DNA of 64,000 nt, from assembly GCA_041940025.1 (NCBI GenBank), contig JBGTSY010000005.1, positions 68,741 to 132,740 on the forward strand. Reading direction: 5' to 3'. The notes beneath the pieces are model-generated. The model did not search any database. It was not told the origin of the DNA and worked only from the letters and a program-made list of their open reading frames with translations. Shown here piece after piece: positions 29,928-39,052 of the stretch (the first letter of the stretch is position 1; each line of letters starts with the position of its first letter). The position numbers and the translations under genes are program-made. Origin of the DNA: Thiotrichaceae bacterium (GTDB taxonomy: Bacteria; Pseudomonadota; Gammaproteobacteria; UBA5859).

Positions 29928-30029
29928 AATACAAGTGAACATTTCTACATTAAATTCCCATGTAATCCCCCCAAAAAATCGGAGCAATTATAAGTAGAAA
30001 ATTCTATTATTCAGATAAAGGAGTTTTCT

Positions 30030-30311
30030 ATGAAAAAACCACGGTTAACAGAAAGTCAGTTCATGGCGATCTTGAAGCAAAATGAGGAAGGCATCCCGGT
30101 GGCGGACCTTTGCCGAGAGCACGGTATGAGCCAGGGTAGCTTTTATAAATGGCGCGCTAAATACGGTGGTATGGATGCTTCCATGGTCAAACGGATGAAG
30201 GAGCTAGAGGAAGAAAACCGTCGGTTAAATAAGATGTACGCCGAAGAAAAGCTCAAAGGTGAGATTGCACGGGAAGCGATCGAAAAAAGTGGTAAAGCCA
30301 TCTCGGCGTAA
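30030..30311 (+). CDS. IS3 transposase OrfA (HTH)
   Basis: MKKPRLTESQ...DLCREHGMS...FYKWRAKYGGM...KELEEENRRL. Confidence 0.9.
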   Translation: MKKPRLTESQFMAILKQNEEGIPVADLCREHGMSQGSFYKWRAKYGGMDASMVKRMKELEEENRRLNKMYAEEKLKGEIAREAIEKSGKAISA

Positions 30312-31113
30312 GGAGATGGCGCAACGCGCATGTGAGCAGTTTGACGTTAGCATTCGATTGGCGTGTGAGGTGTTTTCGATCAGCCCAAGTACGTATCATT
30401 ATACGGCGGTGCTTTCGGGAGAGAATGCAGCAATTGCCGATTGGCTACTTCGTCTCACCACGGTTAATAAGCGATGGGGATTTGGATTGTGCTTTATGTA
30501 TCTGCGCAATGTCAAAGGCTTTGAGTGGAATCACAAACGCGTTTATCGCATCTACAGGGAGCTGGAGTTGAAACTACGAATCAAGCCAAGAAGGCGAATA
30601 AAGCGAGACAAGCCAGATGCTTTTAGTGTACCCACTGCGATTAATCAGGTGTGGTCAATGGATTTCATGAGTGATTCGCTGGTTGATGGTCGGTCGCTTC
30701 GAACCTTCAATGTGATTGACGATTACAACCGTGAAGGCTTGAATATCGATGTTGATTTGTCATTGCCTGCGCAAAGGGTTATCCGTTCGCTAAAACAGGT
30801 TATGGAATGGCGCGGCAAACCTTTGGCAATTCGTTGCGACAACCGTCCGGAATATATCTCCCAAGCCTTGGTGGATTGGGCGAACAGGGAGCAAATAACG
30901 CTACTGTATATCCAGCCGGGTAAGCCGACTCAGAATGCCTATGTGGAACGATTTAATCGTACAGTGAGACATGAATGGCTGGATATGCATTTGTTTGAAT
31001 CCATCGAGCATGCGCAATTACTAGCGACACAATGGCTTTGGAAATACAATAACGAACGATTTCATTCAGCCAACGGTGGACTGCCGCCAAGAAGTGTGCT
31101 GAAAGTGGCTTAA
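30259..31113 (+). CDS. IS3 transposase OrfB (DDE integrase core)
   Basis: WNHKRVYRIY, WSMDF, CDNRPEY, PGKPTQNAYVERFN. Confidence 0.9.
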   Translation: MRLHGKRSKKVVKPSRRKEMAQRACEQFDVSIRLACEVFSISPSTYHYTAVLSGENAAIADWLLRLTTVNKRWGFGLCFMYLRNVKGFEWNHKRVYRIYRELELKLRIKPRRRIKRDKPDAFSVPTAINQVWSMDFMSDSLVDGRSLRTFNVIDDYNREGLNIDVDLSLPAQRVIRSLKQVMEWRGKPLAIRCDNRPEYISQALVDWANREQITLLYIQPGKPTQNAYVERFNRTVRHEWLDMHLFESIEHAQLLATQWLWKYNNERFHSANGGLPPRSVLKVA

Positions 31114-31192
31114 AAGTCTACTTATAGCGGCTACGAAAATGGGGGGATTACAATCGTACTGGTATAAATATTAATGATCTTTAGGTAATGTT

Positions 31193-31645
31193 ATGAGTAG
31201 TCAAGATATTTCGTATACAATTAAAGCCAGGATTGTGATCTCTGAATTTGAGTGTTCTACTGATTATATAACTAGTGCTATTGGTATTAATCCAACCAAG
31301 GTATGGCACCGAGGAGATAAGGTTCACCCAAAAGCAACTAATGAACATAAAGAAAATGGTTGGCTTCTTATTTCTCCATGCGAGGAAGCTAACAGTAGTG
31401 TGGACGAACAAGTTAGAGCATTATCTAAAATTATACTACCAATTATAGATAACTTTTTGAAGTTGCCGGAAGAGGCAGGAACCGAGTTATCTTGCATCGT
31501 TCGAGCTTTTAAGTATATGCCCTCTATAAGTTTTTCATCGGATACAGTATCTTTTTTTTCAAAACTAAAAGCGAGTGTTGATATAGACGTCTATGATCTT
31601 ATAGGTACAGAAGGTGAATCGATAAAGGACCGTAGGGCCCAATAA
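31193..31645 (+). CDS. DUF4279-like orphan immunity-type protein
   Basis: ITSAIGINPTKVWHRGD...W and C-terminal ASVDIDVY pattern. Confidence 0.65.
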   Translation: MSSQDISYTIKARIVISEFECSTDYITSAIGINPTKVWHRGDKVHPKATNEHKENGWLLISPCEEANSSVDEQVRALSKIILPIIDNFLKLPEEAGTELSCIVRAFKYMPSISFSSDTVSFFSKLKASVDIDVYDLIGTEGESIKDRRAQ

Positions 31646-31778
31646 ATACTACGCCCGAACTGCAGATCTATTATTCTTCTGTAAGCGTTTCCAATAGGAC
31701 GCTCTATCCAGGCTTAATGTTCCAAGGACCGAAGTAAAAAAGGAGTCTGACCCCATAACTCACGAAATCTTTCATGTT

Positions 31779-32861
31779 GTGGTTGCTCGAGTTCTTCTAT
31801 TTGTCTCGCTATTGCCACTGGTGGCGAATGCGTTACCTTCGAGCGTTGATATTTACCAAGACATGCCTACTGAATTGCTTGAGATGGAATCATGCCAGAG
31901 TAATTCTGTCATCGAAAAGCTCGAGTTTATAACTAGATTGGCATTTTCGAAACATCAAGCTGTTGCCGTAAGTATAGATGCATTGATAACCCTATCTATA
32001 AAAGAAAGAACTTATATTGAGTCCATTCAACATCTAAATGAAGGAATAACAGATGTGATTTGGGATGGGTTAAGATTCGTTGCAATTAGCGCAGGCGGTA
32101 CAATTATGGTTAAAGATGATTCTAATAGTTGGCAAATCATCGAAACAAATATTACATCTAATGTGCGGTTTTTTCAAGAAATTATGTTTCACAAAGGCAT
32201 ATATTATGCGGTTGGATACAACGCTGTGGTGCAAAATATTCCAGGTGTAGATGGCGAAGGATTTATTTACTATTCTCAAGATTTAGCTCATTGGCAAGAA
32301 ATTTCTATAAACGAAAGCTTGTTATTGAATGGAAGCTCTAATTGGTCTAAGGGTGATCTGTTATACATTTCCAGTCAAGGATTTAGTCAGGTTATCCTTA
32401 TCAACGGTCCAGAACAATTTAAAATATTAGATCACAATGATGGAAGAGTAGAGTCCTATTTCCCCCCATTTAAGTCAATAACAAGTGATGGAGCAGAATT
32501 TCTTTTACTGGGCCTGCATGGCTTTATAGGCAAAAGTGAAGATGGTGCACATTGGACTGGGAGAAGTGTAAGAGATTGGTCTACGTTGCAATCGGTTGTT
32601 TGGGGTGAACCAGGTTATATCGCCGTAGGTATGAAGGGTAAAATATATCATAGTCTGAAAGGGGATAATTGGGAAGAAGTAGAATCAGGAACAAGCTTAC
32701 ATTTACTGGATATTATTTGGGCACATAACTCGTATATCGCTGTCGGTGGAGATTTTATTGAAAACGACTATAGTCAAAAAACTCTTTCATCAAAATCAAA
32801 GGGAATTATATTGTCGAGCAAAGATGGGAGACATTGGGAGAGAGTCAGTTGTGCACACTGA
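31779..32861 (+). CDS. Secreted BNR/WD40-like beta-propeller protein
   Basis: Signal peptide ending LVANA; repeated S-x-D-G-x-x-W and IAVG motifs. Confidence 0.7.
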   Translation: MVARVLLFVSLLPLVANALPSSVDIYQDMPTELLEMESCQSNSVIEKLEFITRLAFSKHQAVAVSIDALITLSIKERTYIESIQHLNEGITDVIWDGLRFVAISAGGTIMVKDDSNSWQIIETNITSNVRFFQEIMFHKGIYYAVGYNAVVQNIPGVDGEGFIYYSQDLAHWQEISINESLLLNGSSNWSKGDLLYISSQGFSQVILINGPEQFKILDHNDGRVESYFPPFKSITSDGAEFLLLGLHGFIGKSEDGAHWTGRSVRDWSTLQSVVWGEPGYIAVGMKGKIYHSLKGDNWEEVESGTSLHLLDIIWAHNSYIAVGGDFIENDYSQKTLSSKSKGIILSSKDGRHWERVSCAH

Positions 32862-32880
32862 CTGTCAATTAGGGCAGCAG

Positions 32881-32991
32881 CAAGCAGCCTGGATGAAGCA
32901 TAGCGAAATCCGGGGCTCTTTCTAAGAGAAGTAAGATTTTATGATTCGGGACCCTAGGGTGCAATAACTGTAAGGCATGGCGCCCTACGAG
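32881..32991. repeat. REP/REPIN-like element A (two imperfect hairpins)
   Basis: GCAGCCTGGATGAAGCATAGCGAAATCCGGGG...TAGGGTGCAATAAC...GCGCCCTACGAG; closely similar to 34806-34920. Confidence 0.75.
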
Positions 32992-34328
32992 CTGACATTC
33001 TGCAGGTGGGTGTGAGCAGTGACACCTTAGATCCGGTAAACAGCAATAACAGTGATTCTTGGAAGGACAATCCCCCTTGTACCGCCTGTAGTGCTGCGAC
33101 GGGCACTATGTAAGCGCCCTATTTAGACATCCTGCGCACGTTCCGTGATGGTTACATGATGCCTTATGAGGTAGGGCGTTGGTTGACTCGGGCTTATTAC
33201 AAAGCCTCGCCCACAGTGGTGGCTTGGTTCGAGGCCCATCCCTGGCTGAAAGTGCCGGCACGATTGCTGTTATGGCTGGCTATTGGCGTTGCCTGGTTGA
33301 TTCAAGCGTCTTGGAAAGTACAACTAGCGGTGGGCGTTTCTGCCGCCGGGCTAACGATGGCGTTTAAACTGGGTGTGGGCAGTTGGCTCTGGTCCATCAA
33401 TCTGGTACGGGGCCTGTTGGCCATCGCTGAATTAGCGCTGGCAAGTGCCCTTTTTGCAAGTAGTCAGGCGCAGACAGGGGATCTGTTATTTTTTCATAAC
33501 GATCACCAGGGCACGGCGCAAGTCATCACCGATGAAAGTCAGACGGTGGTGTGGCAGGGGGAGCAGCAACCCTTTGGTGAGGTGACCACTAGCGTCTCAT
33601 CACAAGAGAATCCCACTCGCCTTCCGGGCCAATATTACGACGGGGAGAGTGGCTTACATTACAACTACTTCAGGGATTATGATCCAAGTTTAGGTAGGTA
33701 TGTGCAGAGTGATCCGATTGGGTTGCAAGGAGGGCTAAATACCTACATCTATGTACACAACAATCCTATAATACTAATAGATGTAACCGGTAAATTTGTG
33801 TTATTGAGTTTATTAACGACGCTTTATGATTTTTCATACTTATCAACCAGCGCTTGTTTTAAAGGTGGTTGCGAGACTTCTTCAGTAGGCTTTGCAGATT
33901 GCTCCGCATTCCAAATTGGCAGTAAAGGATTTTTAGTAGTTGGAGGTACAATAGCAGATAGAACTGCTGCTCAATATAGTATGGAAGACATTTTTTCCAC
34001 ACCTTGAGGGGCACAAATGCTAACTGAACTTGAATCCCGTCGACATTTAGGTTTTGCTCCTAAGAACTTTATTGTAGATTTAAATGTTAAAAATAACGCA
34101 TTTGCTTTTCTTGGAAGAGACGCCATATACGTGGATCCTAGTTTTCATCCTACAATTCTTACTACCGCTGGAGAAATTCCGGCCACTACAAGAAGAATCA
34201 TAGCTCATGAATTGGGGCATGCAGTATTTGGAACGGCGGACGACGGTCCAGATAGAATGAATAATGTACTTCAAAATGATAATCCAATTATGAATTCGCT
34301 AGGCGAACCAAGTGGACTTAGGTATTAA
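32992..34328 (+). pseudogene. Orphan Rhs cassette 2: DUF11 end, CFI-box-like/TM segment, core and HExxH metallopeptidase CT
   Basis: Homologous to main rhs from 27114; TAA at 33111; in-frame TGA at 34005 splits a CT containing RRIIAHELGH. Confidence 0.85.
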
Positions 34329-34331
34329 TAC

Positions 34332-34721
34332 ATGCAACGGTTAATTATTTTATTATCAATATTAGTATTTACCAGTTGTTCAGGAGCGGGGATGTCTGAC
34401 CAAGTTAAAATTTACTATATTCCAATTGGGGCGGAAACCTATGTGCCTATTACTATCGACAATATAGAAAATTATGCTCAAAAGACTTGTGTTTTGGATT
34501 ATGAAGATCGAACTGTTCGCAAAGTGCTCCGACTATTATCCGACTCTTCATCGGATGGTATATTTGATGAACAAAAAATTCGAGTAAAAATAATTTTACC
34601 GACTAATATTGTTACCTATGTTGATAATTACGGGGGTATTCGTTCTACAGATTATGTTACTAAGAAAATGAGTGATGCGACTAGGACAAAAGTTACAAAA
34701 TTATTAGAAAAAGCTTGCTAG
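34332..34721 (+). CDS. Lipoprotein, putative immunity to the peptidase CT
   Basis: Lipobox-like MQRLIILLSILVFTSC; starts 3 bp after the CT stop. Confidence 0.7.
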   Translation: MQRLIILLSILVFTSCSGAGMSDQVKIYYIPIGAETYVPITIDNIENYAQKTCVLDYEDRTVRKVLRLLSDSSSDGIFDEQKIRVKIILPTNIVTYVDNYGGIRSTDYVTKKMSDATRTKVTKLLEKAC

Positions 34722-34805
34722 TTGTAGTAAGAAAAACAGAGGAAAGGGGTCAACCCTAAGACAGTCGTCTGTCAAAAGGTAGATAAGGGGTCGCTCCTAA
34801 GCCAG

Positions 34806-34920
34806 CAAGTAGCCTGGATGAAGCAAAGCGAAATCCGGGGCTCTTTCCAAGAGCAGCACGATTTTATGATTCAGGATCGTTCGTAGGGAGTAACAGCCGC
34901 AAGGGATTGATACCTACGAG
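34806..34920. repeat. REP/REPIN-like element B
   Basis: GTAGCCTGGATGAAGCAAAGCGAAATCCGGGG...GTAGGGGAGTAACAGCCGCAAGG...CCTACGAG with GTAG/CTAC feet. Confidence 0.75.
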
Positions 34921-34921
34921 T

Positions 34922-35155
34922 TCTGGAGACCAGTTTTGTCTATGACCAAGATTTTCGTCTCACCAATCTCAACACCGGTCAGGGTGTATTGAACCTACAA
35001 CAACTGGTTTACAACTACGACACACTCAATAATATCACTGCTATCGCCAATAATCTGGATCCCAGTCAGTCGCAAAGCTTTGGCTATGACGCACTAAACC
35101 GACTCACTGCAGCAGCGGGCGGTTACGGTGCCTTGCTCTATGAGTACGATGCGGT
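34922..35155 (+). pseudogene. 234 bp internal Rhs YD-repeat fragment
   Basis: Near-identical to main rhs 26170-26403. Confidence 0.9.
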
Positions 35156-35205
35156 CATTTTGTTGCATATGTAAAAGTGAAGCTATTGCTACCCTCAACT
35201 AGAAG

Positions 35206-35280
35206 AAAAAAGTGCAGGCTGCTTCACCACGAGGCTATACAGCAAGACACATTAGGCCACAGTGTAAAAAGGTTAAATAA
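35206..35280 (+). pseudogene. Toxin C-terminal remnant
   Basis: KKVQAASPRGYTARHIRPQCKKVK*; homologous to 40186-40263. Confidence 0.55.
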
Positions 35281-35282
35281 AT

Positions 35283-35666
35283 ATGAGCTCAGTTAGATAT
35301 TTGAATGTGGATTGCATCTTGCGTTCTGAGAATAGCTTATCTGACTTTTTATCGCTGTTGGAAGACGATATATTTATTTTATGGAATGAGCCAAATAAAA
35401 ATGGAAGCTTTGTCGGGTTTGAAACAAATCTAGTAAATACAAATGGACCGGGGGAAGAAATAAGTGAATTTAAGCGTCTATTTGAAACACCTTTTTTGCT
35501 CGAAGCGATAAATAAATGCCAAGAAAGAGTTTTTGACATTGGGTTTGAGAGTGGGGATGTCGGAAACCCTGTGGATGTAGCTATTAATCCAGAAATGATT
35601 AATAGGATATCTCAACTCGGTTTTTCGATTAAAATCAGAGTTTATCCGGTACCCCCTGAAAAGTAG
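35283..35666 (+). CDS. Putative immunity protein (paralog of 40266-40685)
   Basis: Shares RYLNxDC, LWNEP, FDIGFESGD and LGFSIxIxxYPV with 40266-40685. Confidence 0.75.
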   Translation: MSSVRYLNVDCILRSENSLSDFLSLLEDDIFILWNEPNKNGSFVGFETNLVNTNGPGEEISEFKRLFETPFLLEAINKCQERVFDIGFESGDVGNPVDVAINPEMINRISQLGFSIKIRVYPVPPEK

Positions 35667-35690
35667 AATTATGAACACTACCTTCAATTG

Positions 35691-36093
35691 GATCCCATTG
35701 GGTTGCAGGGAGGATCGAATACCTATGCCTATGCAGTGGGTAATCCATTAAATTATACTGATCCAACCGGTGAGATAGCATTTATATATTACCTAGCTAG
35801 GGCACTTGGATCCTGTCTAGAGAATCCAGCTTGTTGATCTGCAATTATTCTCGGAGCTAGCAAACTAGCCGACCGGTTAAAGAATTGCGAAGATGATCTC
35901 TATAAAAAGATAAATATTGCAATCAATGGTCTTCAAAGAAGATGGAAGCATAGATCAAACTACACATATACAACAATTTCGTGAAAGGCAAGCCAACCTA
36001 AGAAAGCTCCTAATTGATGCAGATACTAGGGGATGTTTGAATCATAGAAATGATGCTTGGACATGGGCAACGATCGAATATGGAAGTAAATGA
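35691..36093 (+). pseudogene. Orphan Rhs CT (DPIG...DPTG plus degraded CT)
   Basis: [27 protein letters not shown]; TGA at 35835 and a later frameshift; tail ...RGCLNHRNDAWTWATIEYGSK* overlaps the next ATG. Confidence 0.7.
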
Positions 36094-36476
36094 CAAACAA
36101 AGCCGAACTGATTAATTCATGGATAAAAGCTCAGGGAATTGATCCATTAACTCCAGAATATGATAAATATAGTTGGGCCTCTTCTAAACTAATAGATATG
36201 GTTTATGAGTGGCCAGAGGAGTTATGGAGATTGATCCCAGATATCATAAATCAAGATTCTTCAGATCAAATATTAGGGGCTTTAGGAGCTGGATTGATTG
36301 AAGACTTAATTCTATACCATGGCGAGGAATATATTGATCGTATAATTCTCTATGCGGAAAAAAATCGTGACTTCGAAAGAGCACTAGCATATACATTCTT
36401 GGACGAAAATGACGTGTCTAAGGGTGTGTATAAAAAATTTATTGAATCTAGGAAGAAAAGAGGTATAAGCCCGTAA
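36090..36476 (+). CDS. DUF6869-like immunity-type protein
   Basis: PEELWRLI...LGALGAGLIEDLI...HG pattern; translationally coupled to the CT. Confidence 0.65.
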   Translation: MTNKAELINSWIKAQGIDPLTPEYDKYSWASSKLIDMVYEWPEELWRLIPDIINQDSSDQILGALGAGLIEDLILYHGEEYIDRIILYAEKNRDFERALAYTFLDENDVSKGVYKKFIESRKKRGISP

Positions 36477-36494
36477 AATTACTTTTTTCCTGCT

Positions 36495-37095
36495 GTCAGG
36501 CACAGGCAGGGGATCTGTTATTTTTGATAACGAGCACCTGGGCACGGCGCAAGTCATCACCGATGAAAACCAGACAGTGGTGTGGCAGGGGGAGCAGCAA
36601 CCTTTTGGTGAGGTGAGCACTAGCGTCTCATCACAAGAGAATCCCACTCGCCTTCCTGGTCAATATTATGACAACGAAACACAACTACACTACAATTACT
36701 TCAGGGATTATGATCCAAGTCTAGGTAGGTATGTGCAAAGTGATCCGATTGGGTTGCAGGGAGGATCGAATACCTATAGCTATGTCGAGAATGACCCTAT
36801 TAACTTCTTTGATCCAACAGGGCAAAGGAGATGTCATGCAAGATTAAGAGGAATATTACAGCTTGCAGTTACTTTGACTTGCAAAGTTGGACAGAGACGA
36901 TGCATCGGAACTGATAGTTGCTTTACTCTCAAAAGAAAGAAGTTTCAGAGTCAGGTTTGTGCACTAGCTAGGGATGCAATAAATAATAGATGTTTCGGGG
37001 GAGGCGACAGGGGGCATCGGATGGCAGCAGAACAGGCCAGAAACGCAGCTAGAAGATGTGGAAGACTCATAGAGAAGAACTGTGGGGATTGCTGA
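36495..37095 (+). CDS. Orphan Rhs core plus Ntox16-like CT (open frame, no native start)
   Basis: Core homology from 36495; DPTG followed by a Cys-rich CT with CALARDAINNRCFGGGDRGH. Confidence 0.75.
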
Positions 37096-37097
37096 CG

Positions 37098-37583
37098 ATG
37101 AGCAATGCTGCAGTTGAACTGATACAAACTATCACTCTTGCTTTCGCCAACGTAGCGAGTCCAAGCATTGATGATTTAGTTCACAATAACGAACCCGAAC
37201 ACTCTGAATGCGTGGAAATCAAAGAGCGGTTAAAAGGAAAAAACTGGAAGGATATGGGTGAAATTATTAAGGAGAAACACTATCCAGGGGATGATATCCA
37301 TTTCCTGACTGCAGATGCTCTTAAAGCGCTCATACCGGGGTACATGGTAGGCACAATTCAAAATTTTAGGAATGCTGATCTCGTTCCCGAAGCTTTAATT
37401 ACTCGCTTGGCTCCAAATCATAATGACCCATCTGGAGAGGAAGCATCGAATTTGATAGGTAAGCTATCACCTGAGCAACGCGAAGCTGTATTGCAGTTTT
37501 TAATGTATCTTCGGTCAAATCATGCTGAGGACATAGAAAATGATGAACTTGATTCTGCAATTCATTTTTTGAGTAGTTACTAA
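37098..37583 (+). CDS. DUF6714-like immunity-type protein
   Basis: AFANV..P, HFLTADALKALIPGYM, LSPEQREAVLQFL; starts 2 bp after the CT stop. Confidence 0.6.
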   Translation: MSNAAVELIQTITLAFANVASPSIDDLVHNNEPEHSECVEIKERLKGKNWKDMGEIIKEKHYPGDDIHFLTADALKALIPGYMVGTIQNFRNADLVPEALITRLAPNHNDPSGEEASNLIGKLSPEQREAVLQFLMYLRSNHAEDIENDELDSAIHFLSSY

Positions 37584-37760
37584 ACCCTCCCCACATTCTG
37601 TTTAATCTGCTGAGCTTCGAAAAAGGTATCGATTACCTGAGTGATCTGTCGTCGGGCTTTGGGGTTCAGTTTCTCAATCTGCTGCACTTCTCTTTGTAAC
37701 CGCGTACCCGGCTTTGCCTTTGTAGTCGCCGGGGCAATGCCTAATAACTGATCACTCCCA
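37580..37760 (-). pseudogene. C-terminal fragment of an XRE-family regulator
   Basis: DQLLGIAPATTKAKPGTRLQREVQQIEKLNPKARRQITQVIDTFF resembles the post-HTH tail of XRE regulators; the HTH itself is missing. Confidence 0.55.
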
Positions 37761-37786
37761 GGGCATTGGATAGGTTCACCAGTCAA

Positions 37787-39049
37787 CGGGCCGGACAATG
37801 CCGCCACAGTGACCATATCGGTGGTGGCGCTTCTCTCCAATGCGGATGTGGATGTGACTGACATTCTTCAAGTGGATGTGAGCAGTAACACATTAGATCC
37901 GGTAAACAGCAATAACAGTGATTCCTGGCAGGAAGGCACCGGTGGCGGCGGTGGTGGTTGTGGCGCATCGGCCGCGGCGCTGGATACACCGCAAATGGCT
38001 TATCTGGATATTCTGCGCACGTTCCGTGATGGTTACATGATGCCTTATGAGTCCGGGCGTTGGTTGACTCAGGCTTATTACGATGCCTCACCCACAGTGG
38101 TGGCTTGGTTTGAGGCCCATTCTTGGCTGAAGGTGCCGGCACGATTGCTGTTATGGTTGGCTATTGGCGTCGCTTGGTTGATTCAGGCGTCTTGGAAAGT
38201 ACAACTAGCGGTGGGTGTTTCTGCTGCCGGGCTGACTATGGCGTTTAAACTGGGTGTGGGCAGTTGGCTCTGGTCCTTCAATCTGGTTCGGGGCCTGTTG
38301 GCCATTGCTGGATTGGCGCTGGCAAGTGCCCTTTTTGCAAGTAGTCAGGCACAGGCCGGGGATCTGTTATTTTTTCATAACGATCACCTGGGCACGGCGC
38401 AAGTCATCACCAATGAAAACCAGACAGTGGTGTGGCAGGCGGAGCAGCAACCGTTTGGTGAAGTAACCACTACTGCTTCATCACAGCAAAATCCCACTCG
38501 CCTTCCGGGTCAATATTATGACGGGGAGAGTGGCTTACATTACAACTACTTCAGGGATTATGATCCAAGTCTAGGTAGGTAGGTGCAGAGTGATCCGATT
38601 GGATTACAAGGGGGCGTGAATACCTATGCCTATGCAGTGGGCAATCCGATAACTTATGCGGATCCCACCGGTGAATTTTTCGCTCTACTAAATCCCTATA
38701 CGATGGTGGGGTTGACTGGCTTTGTCGTGTTAATGCAAGGTTACATGGACTTTGTGACTGCGGTTAATAGCCTGCGATATCTGTGGATCCTATGTTTTAT
38801 TGGGTTGCATTGGCATTACTGACATATAATATGTCCTTTGAAGGCGATGAGGTTTGTGAGGATGAAGAAAGAGAGGAACGTTGCGAAGGAAATCTGAAAC
38901 GAGACTTGGAAACTTGCAAGGCTCTTGGTAAGAGAGGCGGCAAAGACGCATTTAGAGTATGCGAGCAGCAGGCAATGCTTAGATACAGTAATTGCCTGGC
39001 TGGGAGGGATGACGGTGCGCCGTTACCACCGTGGGGCGATACCTACTAA
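37787..39049 (+). pseudogene. Orphan Rhs cassette: partial DUF11, CFI-box-like/TM segment, core and CT with a swapped tip
   Basis: Matches main rhs 26914-28119 apart from a 129 bp deletion, a TAG at 38580 and a 4 bp deletion near 38770; new tip from 38860. Confidence 0.88.
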
Positions 39050-39052
39050 GTC

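Larger units (their letters stand above)
29961..31152 (+). mobile_element. IS3-family insertion sequence (IS407-group-like), 1192 bp
   Basis: Terminal inverted repeats TGTAATCCCCCC...GGGGGGATTACA with TG/CA ends; orfA and orfB; no evident target-site duplication. Confidence 0.92.

Noticed and set aside
27590-38860. Diversity-generating retroelement (near-identical core copies as TR/VR)
   Set aside because: No reverse transcriptase in the window, and the differences are not adenine-specific
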